The position numbers and the translations under genes are program-made. This document shows positions 40,679 through 48,818 of a stretch of DNA of 64,000 nt, piece by piece (the stretch's first letter is position 1; each line of letters begins with the position of its first letter). The notes below the pieces were generated by a model, which was not told the origin of the DNA, did not search any database, and was given only the letters and a program-made list of their open reading frames with translations. The stretch is from the NCBI GenBank assembly GCA_035512955.1, contig DATKCZ010000005.1, forward strand, positions 64,879-128,878, read 5' to 3'. This stretch comes from Acidimicrobiia bacterium. GTDB taxonomy: Bacteria; Actinomycetota; Acidimicrobiia; Spongiisociales; ZC4RG35.

Positions 40679-41587
40679 TCACGTCGAGGTGGCGATGCCG
40701 GGTTGGTGGACGTGCTGGGTGGCACGTTCGGCGATGACGACGCCGGCGACGATCAGCACCGCACCCGCGGCGATGGCAGGGGTCACCGTCTCGCCGAGGA
40801 AGATCACAGCCAGGACCACCGCCAGGACCGGGATCGCATAACCGGTGAGGGCGAGTCTCGAGGCGGGGTTGACCCCGGCCGCGGTGAGGAAGGCGGCGAA
40901 GGCGAGTGTGGTGCCTACGGTGCCCACCCCGGCGATCAACAGCCAGCTCACACCGTCCACCGACGTCATGTCGACCGGGAACAACAGGGGGAGCAGCACC
41001 ACCACGACCACGGTGTTCACCGTGAACTGGGGCAGGATGAGACGCTCGCTGGGCATCTCCAGGGCAAAGCGCCTGCTCAGCGCACCGCCCACCCCGGCGA
41101 GGACCACACCGGCCATGATGAAGAGCACTCCGCGCCACAGATTGCCGACACCAGCGACGGTGGTGCCACCCACTCCGACCAGCAATGCCGACCCGGCGAG
41201 GGCGAGCAGGAGGCCGGGAAGGGCCCTCACCTGGAATCGCTCGCCGTCGACGAGGAAGTGGGCGGCGGCGATCGTCGAAAGGGGGACCAGAGCGATGAGG
41301 AGGCTCCCCAGGGTCACCGGCAGGTCCTCGATGGCCAGGGTCATGAACACCATCGGGAAGGCCATGGCGACGGTGCCCAGGACCAGACCCCGCCTCCAGG
41401 CGTCGGGGCTGGTGGTCCAGAAGCGTCTCGTGATGACCATGACGGCTGCCAGGGTGGCCAGGGCGATCACCATGCGAATCGGGATGAGGGTCCAGGTGCT
41501 CACCCCCCGCACCAGGATGGCCCGGGTGAGCACGGCCGAGGCCGCCCACCCGAGCGTGGCGCCTACGAGTGGGGTCCACGGACTCAT
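40679..41587 (-). CDS. EamA/DMT family transporter
   Basis: 302 aa. About 10 TM helices in two EamA-like halves. Confidence 0.8.
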   Translation of the reverse strand: MSPWTPLVGATLGWAASAVLTRAILVRGVSTWTLIPIRMVIALATLAAVMVITRRFWTTSPDAWRRGLVLGTVAMAFPMVFMTLAIEDLPVTLGSLLIALVPLSTIAAAHFLVDGERFQVRALPGLLLALAGSALLVGVGGTTVAGVGNLWRGVLFIMAGVVLAGVGGALSRRFALEMPSERLILPQFTVNTVVVVVLLPLLFPVDMTSVDGVSWLLIAGVGTVGTTLAFAAFLTAAGVNPASRLALTGYAIPVLAVVLAVIFLGETVTPAIAAGAVLIVAGVVIAERATQHVHQPGIATST

Positions 41588-41646
41588 CGGCGCAGGCTAA
41601 CCACGCCCTCAACGAACTATTCCCATGGGCCGATAACCTGAGTGTC

Positions 41647-42735
41647 ATGCGGATCCCCACTTTCAGCCTTCTGGCCGTTCTCGCCCTCCTGGCCGCCGCC
41701 TGCGGTGGCGGGACCACCGATACCACCTCACCGGACTCGACCACCTCCACGCTCGCCGAGCCGGCGCCGGAGGCTGTGGTGCTCTCCTACGGGCTCGAGC
41801 CGGGCACCTCCTTTTCCTATGAGGTGGACATGGACCAGGCGATAGACCTCATGACGAGTGGTGACCCGACCGCCATGGGAGAAGACGAGATTCCCGCACA
41901 GATGTCGTTGCAGATATCCGGGACCTCGACGCTCACCCACACCATTTCCGAGGGCCCCGAGCCGGGGACCTTCGAAGTGAACATCACCGGGGACTTCTCG
42001 AATCTCGAGTTCTCCGGGACGATCGACGGAGAGCCGGTGGAGGAGGCGGAGATCCCCGACATCGCCGAGTTGGACCCGATCGACGTGACGGTGATCGTCG
42101 ATGAGCAAGGCAATGTGATCCCTGAAGACGAAGCGCTCGGGGAGGACTTCCTCGGCGGGCTCGGAGGGCTGGGCGGTCTCGACATGCTTGGCCAGATCGG
42201 CGCCGCCGGGGGCGCCGGCCAGTTCGTCGGGCCACCGCTCAGCGACGAGGAGGTGACCGTCGGTGACACCTGGTCGGAGACCATCGAGACTCCCACACTG
42301 CCCGATGACGATCCGATCACGACCCTGATCGAGAGCGAGGTCGTGGGCACCGACTCCGTCGACGGGGCCGAGGTCTTCATCATCGAGACCACCACCACCA
42401 CGTCCCCGATCGAATTCGACCTGGCCGAATTGCTTCTCGGGCTCATGTCCGCCTTCATGCCCGAGGAAGCGAGCGAGGAGGAGAGGGCCGAGATCGACGC
42501 CATCGCCGACGAGATCCGATTCGCCTTCTCGGTCGATGAGACGGTGAGTGAGATGACGACCTGGTTCGACCACGACGCCGGCGTCTCCCGTCAGGCCGAG
42601 TTCTCCAATTCGACTCACATGGTGATGGACATGAATGTTCCCGATGAGGCGACGGGCGAGCTGGTCGGCCTGGAGATGGACATGGGCATCTCACAGGACA
42701 TCAGCTATCGGCTCACCGACTCGAGCGGCCCCTAG
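41647..42735 (+). CDS. Acidic lipoprotein, function unknown
   Basis: The start was chosen at MRIPTFSLLAVLALLAAACGG, which contains a lipobox. The protein is very rich in D/E. No domain recognised. Confidence 0.5.
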   Translation: MRIPTFSLLAVLALLAAACGGGTTDTTSPDSTTSTLAEPAPEAVVLSYGLEPGTSFSYEVDMDQAIDLMTSGDPTAMGEDEIPAQMSLQISGTSTLTHTISEGPEPGTFEVNITGDFSNLEFSGTIDGEPVEEAEIPDIAELDPIDVTVIVDEQGNVIPEDEALGEDFLGGLGGLGGLDMLGQIGAAGGAGQFVGPPLSDEEVTVGDTWSETIETPTLPDDDPITTLIESEVVGTDSVDGAEVFIIETTTTTSPIEFDLAELLLGLMSAFMPEEASEEERAEIDAIADEIRFAFSVDETVSEMTTWFDHDAGVSRQAEFSNSTHMVMDMNVPDEATGELVGLEMDMGISQDISYRLTDSSGP

Positions 42736-42738
42736 GGC

Positions 42739-43410
42739 TCACCCCCGGCGTCTCTGTCGCCAGCTCCGGTAGATCTTCCTGGTCAGGGAGACCGCACCGG
42801 TCCCGGAGGGCCTCATCTGGTCGAGCCGCGGGTCGACATCAGGTGCCGCCCGTACCTGTTCGAGCTCGTCGCGCAGCTCACCGAGGCGCTCTTTGAGAAA
42901 GTGGGCCTCGGTCTCGGCCTTGGCGGCGCGTTCTCTCGCCTCGGCCAGGGCTTGACCGGCCTCGTGGAGGTTTCCCAACTGGTTGAGCATCCGGTTCCAG
43001 GCGTCCAGTGGGACCAGCATCGAGCCCTCCGGGATGCGTGGCTCGTCTTCGGCGGTCAGCTCGACCTCCCCGGCCGGTTGGGGAAGTTCTCCCCGCGGCC
43101 CCTTGTCGGGGGTGAGCGAGGCCATCTCCCTGCCGATCTCGTCGGTCCACCGCTTGATGCCGCTCATGGAGACGATTCGCAGGTAGCCATCGGAGTTCTG
43201 CTCGAGGAAGCTCGGGATGTTCTTGTGCCGCGCCCACTTGCGGATCGTCGAGGTGGGGACCCCGGTGATCTCGCTCGCCTCTCTCAGGGTGAGCCAGTCC
43301 CCGGCATCGTGGGCCACTCTGGGGCGGGGCCTGGCGTCGCCCGACGAGTGGTCTCTCGAAGAGCGGAGGACCTCGGTCTCCCACAGAAAGGCTGGATCTG
43401 GGCTCGCCAC
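42739..43410 (-). CDS. HTH (MerR/excisionase-type) DNA-binding protein with C-terminal coiled coil
   Basis: 223 aa, GTG start. HTH region WLTLREASEITGVPTSTIRKWARHKNIP and a coiled-coil segment LAEARERAAKAETEAHFLKERLGELRDELEQV. Divergent from the first BMC-locus gene, 47 bp away. Confidence 0.5.
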   Translation of the reverse strand: MASPDPAFLWETEVLRSSRDHSSGDARPRPRVAHDAGDWLTLREASEITGVPTSTIRKWARHKNIPSFLEQNSDGYLRIVSMSGIKRWTDEIGREMASLTPDKGPRGELPQPAGEVELTAEDEPRIPEGSMLVPLDAWNRMLNQLGNLHEAGQALAEARERAAKAETEAHFLKERLGELRDELEQVRAAPDVDPRLDQMRPSGTGAVSLTRKIYRSWRQRRRG

Positions 43411-43457
43411 GCTCGCATCATAAGGGTGTCGCCGGTGGGGGCGTCGGCCTTCCTAGG

Positions 43458-44081
43458 ATGCGTCCTTCGATGTCACCCCCGCAACCGCGAGACCTCCCGT
43501 CCGAGGAGGAAGTCCGCGCCCTGGTCGAGCGTATCCTGGACGATGTCGTCGACTCCGGTGGACATGACGGAGGCGAGACCGCCGGCTACGACCCCGCCGT
43601 GTCCGGTGAGGCGGAGCCGGGAAGCGAGGGGATCGCAATCGGCGCCGACCACGGCGGCTTCCCGCTCAAGGAGCGGATCGCCTTCAAGTTGAGGGAGGCA
43701 GGGTGGGAGGTCTTCGACTGTGGCACCGACTCACACGAGGCCGTCGACTACCCCGATTTCGCCCACGCCGTGGCCCGCAAAGTGGCCTCCGGAGAGTGTC
43801 GATGGGGGATCGTCATCGACGGTGCCGGGATCGGCTCGGCCATGGTTGCCAACAAGGTGGCCGGGGTCAGGGCCGCCTCGTGCTACGACCTGTCCTCGGC
43901 CCGCAACAGCCGGGAGCACAACCACGCCAACGTCTTGACCCTCGGCGCCGGTCTCATCGGCGAAGGGCTAGCGTGGCAGATCGTCGAAGAGTGGCTGTCC
44001 ACCGAGTGGGCAGGGGGCCGCCACGCCCTTCGCGTTGCCAAGATCGACGCGCTCGACCAGCAATACTCGAGGTCCGAATGA
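43458..44081 (+). CDS. rpiB: RpiB/LacAB-family sugar-phosphate isomerase with ~55-aa N-terminal extension (BMC-associated)
   Basis: The core begins at [16 protein letters not shown] and contains [16 protein letters not shown] and NVLTLG. The N-terminal extension holds the amphipathic helix [16 protein letters not shown], followed by a G/P/E-rich linker. Confidence 0.85.
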   Translation: MRPSMSPPQPRDLPSEEEVRALVERILDDVVDSGGHDGGETAGYDPAVSGEAEPGSEGIAIGADHGGFPLKERIAFKLREAGWEVFDCGTDSHEAVDYPDFAHAVARKVASGECRWGIVIDGAGIGSAMVANKVAGVRAASCYDLSSARNSREHNHANVLTLGAGLIGEGLAWQIVEEWLSTEWAGGRHALRVAKIDALDQQYSRSE

Positions 44082-44091
44082 AGACGAGCAC

Positions 44092-44925
44092 ATGAACAGG
44101 GAGGCTCTCGTCGAGGCGATCACACGTGAGGTGCTCGCCTCCCTGTCAAGCCGGTTCGACATGGCAGAGACCGGGGAGACGGTGCGTGAGGTGGTGGCCA
44201 ACGGCGCCGACCGGGTCGCCTTCCATGGCGAGGCTGCCGATGTGCCCATCGACCTCGCCCAATACATCGATCACACCCTGCTCAATGCCGACGCCACCGC
44301 CGAGGACATCGATCGGCTCTGCTCCGAGGCGGACCAGTACGGGTTCGCCTCGGTGTGCATCAACCCCACTTGGGTGAAACGCGCCGCCAACGACTTGAGG
44401 GGCACCTCCGTCCCGGTCTGCACCGTGATCGGCTTCCCCCTCGGAGCCACCACCACCGAGGTCAAGGCGATGGAGGCTCGCAAGGCGTTGCGCGACGGTG
44501 CCCGTGAGATCGACATGGTGATCAATGTCGGGGCGCTCAAGTCGGGAGACCACGACGTGGTCTACAACGACATCGCCAGGGTGGTCGATGCCTCCCACGA
44601 GGTCGGTGCGGTCTGCAAGGTGATCCTGGAGACGGCACTGCTCACAGACGAGGAGAAGGTGATCGCCTCGGCCCTGGCCAAGCGGGCCAAGGCGGATTTC
44701 GTCAAGACATCGACAGGATTCGGCCCCGGAGGCGCCACCGTCTATGACGTGGCCCTGATGCGTGAGACGGTGGGCCCGGAGATGGGCGTCAAGGCATCGG
44801 GCGGGGTGCGGACGGCCCACGACGCCGAGGACATGATCGCAGCAGGCGCCACCAGGATCGGCGCCTCGGCCGGTGTTCAGATCGTCAGCGGAACCGACGG
44901 AGGAGACAGTGACGAAAGGTATTGA
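44092..44925 (+). CDS. deoC: Deoxyribose-phosphate aldolase with N-terminal extension (BMC-associated)
   Basis: The start was chosen at [18 protein letters not shown]. The DeoC core includes IDHTLL, a Schiff-base Lys in FVKTSTGF, and VKASGGVR. Confidence 0.9.
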   Translation: MNREALVEAITREVLASLSSRFDMAETGETVREVVANGADRVAFHGEAADVPIDLAQYIDHTLLNADATAEDIDRLCSEADQYGFASVCINPTWVKRAANDLRGTSVPVCTVIGFPLGATTTEVKAMEARKALRDGAREIDMVINVGALKSGDHDVVYNDIARVVDASHEVGAVCKVILETALLTDEEKVIASALAKRAKADFVKTSTGFGPGGATVYDVALMRETVGPEMGVKASGGVRTAHDAEDMIAAGATRIGASAGVQIVSGTDGGDSDERY

Positions 44926-45544
44926 GCTCAGGTCCTACGCCTTCCTGGACAGTCTGCAACCCCAATATGCAGCTTTCCTGGGAACGGTCGCACAGGGATT
45001 CCTCCCTCTGGCCGGTGACGCCTCGCTCTGGGTGGAGGTCGCCCCGGGGATCGAGATCAACCGGCTCTCCGACGTCGCTCTCAAGGCGACCACGGTCAAG
45101 CCCGGTCTGCAGATAATCGAGCGGTACTACGGGGTGCTCGAGGTGCACTCACCCGATCAGGCCGAGACGCGGGCGGCGGGAGAGGCCATCCTCGAGGCGA
45201 TCGAGCACACCGAGGACGAGCGCATGAAGCCGCGCATTCTCAGCTCCCAGATAATCCGCCGCATCGACGACCACCATGCCCAGCTCATCAACCGGACCAG
45301 GCACGGCCAGATGATCATCCCCGGACAGACCCTCTACGTGCTCGAGTGCGAACCGGCGGCGTATGCCTCGCTGGCGGCCAACGAGGCAGAGAAGGCCGCC
45401 GAGATCAATGTGCTCGAGGTGCGCAGCTTCGGCTCGATGGGTCGGATCTATCTCGGCGGCGAAGAGCGCGATATCGATGTCGGGTGGCAGGCGGCGGTGG
45501 CCGCGCTCGAGGGCTTGACCGGCCGGGATTCCGGTCAAACGTAG
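44909..45544 (+). CDS. Tandem BMC-domain shell protein (BMC-T)
   Basis: GTG start, preceded by the SD GGAGGAG. Two BMC-like repeats: [37 protein letters not shown] and [43 protein letters not shown]. Confidence 0.7.
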   Translation: MTKGIELRSYAFLDSLQPQYAAFLGTVAQGFLPLAGDASLWVEVAPGIEINRLSDVALKATTVKPGLQIIERYYGVLEVHSPDQAETRAAGEAILEAIEHTEDERMKPRILSSQIIRRIDDHHAQLINRTRHGQMIIPGQTLYVLECEPAAYASLAANEAEKAAEINVLEVRSFGSMGRIYLGGEERDIDVGWQAAVAALEGLTGRDSGQT

Positions 45545-45584
45545 GTAACTGTTCCCATGGAGAACGAACGAAAGGAGGAGCTTC

Positions 45585-45887
45585 ATGGCTGAAGCTCTTG
45601 GAATGATCGAAGCCCGCAGCTTCCCGGCGATGGTCGAGGCTGCGGACGCCATGGTCAAGGCGGCCAAGGTGGAGCTGGTGAGCATGGAGAAGACGGGTGG
45701 CGGGTACGTGACCGCCGTGGTCCGCGGTGACGTGGCCGCGGTCAAGGCCGCAGTCGACGCCGGTGTCCGCGGCGCCGAGAAGGTCGGCGAGGTCACGGCG
45801 ACACATGTCATCGCACGTCCACATGTCAATGTGGATCTCGCCCTGCCCCTCGGCCGTCAGGAACAGGCTCAGGAAGACCTCGGTTAG
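45585..45887 (+). CDS. BMC-H hexameric shell protein (PduA/EutM/CcmK-like, PF00936)
   Basis: 100 aa, preceded by an [68 protein letters not shown] is a canonical BMC domain. Confidence 0.95.
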   Translation: MAEALGMIEARSFPAMVEAADAMVKAAKVELVSMEKTGGGYVTAVVRGDVAAVKAAVDAGVRGAEKVGEVTATHVIARPHVNVDLALPLGRQEQAQEDLG

Positions 45888-45901
45888 GTGCGCCCCCACC
45901 A

Positions 45902-46210
45902 ATGCAGTTAGGCAGGGTCTCAGGGACGCTCGTCGCCAGTCGCAAAGAAGCCCTGATGGAGGGGATGAAGTTCCTGGTGGTGAAACAGATCGACGAGGCC
46001 AATCAGGAGACCGGCTCGTACGTGGTGGCCGTCGACGCCGTTGGGGCGGGTGTGGGTGAGGTCGTCCTCTACGCGTCGGGCAGCTCGGCGCGCCAGACCG
46101 AGATGACCAGGGACCGTCCCTGTGATGCGGTCATCATGGCGATCGTGGACTCCTGGGACGTCGGCGGCGAGGTGAGGTACCACAAGGGCGAGGAGGAGCG
46201 CTCTGGATAG
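45902..46210 (+). CDS. BMC-P pentameric vertex protein (EutN/CcmL/PduN-like, PF03319), copy 1
   Basis: 102 aa. [29 protein letters not shown]...[22 protein letters not shown]. Confidence 0.9.
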   Translation: MQLGRVSGTLVASRKEALMEGMKFLVVKQIDEANQETGSYVVAVDAVGAGVGEVVLYASGSSARQTEMTRDRPCDAVIMAIVDSWDVGGEVRYHKGEEERSG

Positions 46211-46253
46211 GTCACGGCTGAGCGAGTCGGAGATCCGCGCCATCATCGATCGG

Positions 46254-47672
46254 GTGAAGGGGCGGGTGGCCGCCGCCGAGTTCGCGGCGCGCGCCGGTCC
46301 CACCCTGCGAGCCGGAGACGAGCTCGCGGTCTCCGAGATCGAGCTGGGAGACGGCATCCATCTCACTATCGAGGAGGCGGTCAAGGCCGCCCGCCGGGCC
46401 TTCATGGACTATCGGGAGATGGGCTTGGAGGCCCGCAAGACGATCGTCGGCAGCATGCGGGCCGCCATGCTGCGCGAGGGAGAGCGATTGGCGTACATGG
46501 CCGCCGAGGAGACCGGGATCGGCCGGGCCGAGGACAAGGTGGTGAAGAACCGTCTGGTCACGACGAAGACCCCAGGCCCTGAAGACCTCGAGCCCCATGT
46601 GGTCACCGGGGACTCCGGGATGATGGTCACCGAGTACGCCCCATACGGGGTCATCGCTTCGATCACCCCCACCACCAACCCGACTTCGACCATCATCAAC
46701 AACTCGATCTCGATCGTCTCGGCGGGCAACGCCGCGATCTTCAATGTCCATCCCAACGCCGCGATGGTCTCGGTGGAGAACATCAAGCTCCTCAACCGGG
46801 CGATCGTCTCCGCCGGGGGGCCACAGGACCTGATCACCGCCACACCCCAACCGACACTGGAGACGGCGCGGGAGGTGATGCACCATCCCGACGTGAGGGT
46901 CCTGCTGGTCACCGGGGGCCCGGGAGTGGTCAAGGAGGCGTTGAAGACCAGCAAGAAGGCGATCACCGCCGGGCCGGGCAACCCACCAGCGGTCGTCGAC
47001 CAAACCGCGGATGTCGAAGCGGCGGGCCGTGACATATTCCTCGGTGCTTCCTTCGACAACAACGTGATCTGCACCGACGAGAAGACCACGATCGTCGTCG
47101 ACACGGTGGCCGATCGGCTGGTGCAATCGATGATGTCCAACGGCTCCTACCGATTGAAGGAACACGAGCTGAAGCGTCTCGAGCGGGTGATCTTCCGGGA
47201 GATGGGGCCGCCCAACAAGCCGGGGATGATCAACCCGGAGTGGATCGGGAAGAGCGCCCAGAGGATCCTGTCCGAGATCGGGGTCACCGTCGACCACGAC
47301 GTGAGGCTGGTGGTGGCCGAGGTACCCCGTGAGCACAACCTGGTGTGGACCGAGCAGATGATGCCGGTCATGCCGGTGGTCAGGGTGCAGAACGTCGACG
47401 ACGCCATCGACCTGGCGGTCAAGTCGGAGCACGGGTTCCGTCACACGGCTTCGATCCACAGCACCAATGTCGACACCATCACCCGGATGGCCCGGGCGAT
47501 GAACTGCAGCATCTTCGTCGCCAACGGTCCCAACTACAGCGGTCTCGGCGAGGGCGGCGAGGGGTTCACCTCGTTCTCGATCGCCAGCCCCACGGGTGAG
47601 GGCATGACCCGCCCCCGCCACTTCTCCCGGGTGCGGCGGATCAGCGTGGTGGGGGCTCTTCGCATTGTCTGA
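46254..47672 (+). CDS. CoA-acylating aldehyde dehydrogenase (PduP/EutE-like)
   Basis: 472 aa from the GTG start. Catalytic Cys context FDNNVICTDEKT and cofactor block VTGGPGVV. The frame is open upstream to 46176 and encodes an amphipathic helix there, so the true start may be upstream and non-canonical. Confidence 0.9.
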   Translation: MKGRVAAAEFAARAGPTLRAGDELAVSEIELGDGIHLTIEEAVKAARRAFMDYREMGLEARKTIVGSMRAAMLREGERLAYMAAEETGIGRAEDKVVKNRLVTTKTPGPEDLEPHVVTGDSGMMVTEYAPYGVIASITPTTNPTSTIINNSISIVSAGNAAIFNVHPNAAMVSVENIKLLNRAIVSAGGPQDLITATPQPTLETAREVMHHPDVRVLLVTGGPGVVKEALKTSKKAITAGPGNPPAVVDQTADVEAAGRDIFLGASFDNNVICTDEKTTIVVDTVADRLVQSMMSNGSYRLKEHELKRLERVIFREMGPPNKPGMINPEWIGKSAQRILSEIGVTVDHDVRLVVAEVPREHNLVWTEQMMPVMPVVRVQNVDDAIDLAVKSEHGFRHTASIHSTNVDTITRMARAMNCSIFVANGPNYSGLGEGGEGFTSFSIASPTGEGMTRPRHFSRVRRISVVGALRIV

Positions 47673-48255
47673 CCCCGCCATCGCCCTACTCGAGTTCGAC
47701 TCGATCAGCGCCGGGATAGTGGCGGGTGATGCCATGGTCAAGACCTCCCCGATCGGCTCGATCTATGCGGGGACGGTTCATCCGGGCAACTACCTGGTGC
47801 TGGTGACGGGTGACACCGCCAGCGTGGAGATCGCTCTTGCTACCGGCATCGACATCGGAGGCAGCCGGCTGACCGACTCGGTTTTCCTCCCCGACATACA
47901 CCCGGACGTGTCAGCCGCCATCGTCGGTGGCGCCCGGGCGGCGACGTTGCGGGAGGAGGCACTCGGGGTCGTGGAGACCACCACGGTGGCTGCGGTGATC
48001 GACGCGGCCGATGCCGGGGTCAAAGCCGCCGACGTGGAGGTCTCCTCGGTGCGGCTGGCCGATGGTTTGGGGGGGAAGGGATATGTGCTCTTCTCGGGCG
48101 TGGTTGCCGAGGTGGAGGCTGCGGTGGAGGCGGCAGTGGAGCGGGTGGCTCCTCACCGGACGCTAGTGAGGTCAGACGTCATCGCCCAGCTCCACGACGA
48201 GATGGCTGACAACCTCGGCGCCGAGCTTCGCTTCATAAAGCGCGTGGAGAGCTGA
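47665..48255 (+). CDS. Tandem BMC-domain shell protein (PduT-like BMC-T)
   Basis: 196 aa. The TTG start overlaps the end of the AldDH gene. Two BMC domains: AIALLEFDSISAGIVAGDAMVKTSPI...HPGNYLVLVTGD and ALGVVETTTVAAVIDAADAGVKAADVEV...GGKGYVLFSG. The protein contains no cysteine. Confidence 0.85.
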   Translation: MSDPAIALLEFDSISAGIVAGDAMVKTSPIGSIYAGTVHPGNYLVLVTGDTASVEIALATGIDIGGSRLTDSVFLPDIHPDVSAAIVGGARAATLREEALGVVETTTVAAVIDAADAGVKAADVEVSSVRLADGLGGKGYVLFSGVVAEVEAAVEAAVERVAPHRTLVRSDVIAQLHDEMADNLGAELRFIKRVES

Positions 48256-48534
48256 ATGCAGCTGGCACGGGTCCTGGGGAGCGTGGTCGCCACCGAGAAG
48301 GCCGAGGGCCTCGAGGGGGTCCGCTTCTTGGTGATCCAGCCCCTGGACAAGAGACAGGAACCGGTGGGAGGGACCGTGGTGGCTGCCGACGCGGTGCAGA
48401 TGGCCGGACCGGGCGAGCTGGTCTATTTCGTCAGCTCGCGAGAGGCCGCCGAGGCCCTGCCGGTGCGCTTTGTGCCCGTTGACCACGCCGTCGTCGGGAT
48501 CGTCGACGAGGTGACGCTCGGAGTCGAGACGTGA
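48256..48534 (+). CDS. BMC-P vertex protein, copy 2
   Basis: 92 aa. MQLARVLGSVVATEKAEGLEGVRFLVIQPLD...AADAVQMAGPGELVYFVSSREA. Confidence 0.85.
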   Translation: MQLARVLGSVVATEKAEGLEGVRFLVIQPLDKRQEPVGGTVVAADAVQMAGPGELVYFVSSREAAEALPVRFVPVDHAVVGIVDEVTLGVET

Positions 48535-48818
48535 AGGTGGGCAATGTGGTCGGGACGGTGGTGTCGACGATCAACATCCCCCTTCTCGACGAGCATCGGC
48601 TCCTCCTGTGCGATGTGCAGGACGTCGCAGGTGAGCCGGATGGGTACACCATCTGCATCGACGTGGTCGACGCCGGGATGGGCGAGACCGTCCTGATCCT
48701 CGACGAGGGGAACTCGGCCCGTCAGATCCTCGGTCTCGAGACCGGTGCAATTCGCGCTGTCATAGTCGGCGTGGTCGACGAGCTCTACGTCGACGGCGAG
48801 TTGCGCGAAGTCATCTGA
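48531..48818 (+). CDS. BMC-P vertex protein, copy 3
   Basis: 95 aa. The GTG start overlaps the stop of copy 2 by 4 bp. VGNVVGTVVSTINIPLLDEHRLLLCDV...IDVVDAGMGETVLILDEGNSARQ. Confidence 0.8.
   Translation: MKVGNVVGTVVSTINIPLLDEHRLLLCDVQDVAGEPDGYTICIDVVDAGMGETVLILDEGNSARQILGLETGAIRAVIVGVVDELYVDGELREVI

Noticed and set aside
39962-41641. 559-aa plus-strand ORF
   Set aside because: It is antisense to metG and the EamA transporter. It is Gly/Arg/Asp-rich with no domain.
46212-47741. 509-aa minus-strand ORF across the aldehyde dehydrogenase gene
   Set aside because: It is antisense to a strongly supported AldDH gene. The composition is that of a spurious high-GC frame.
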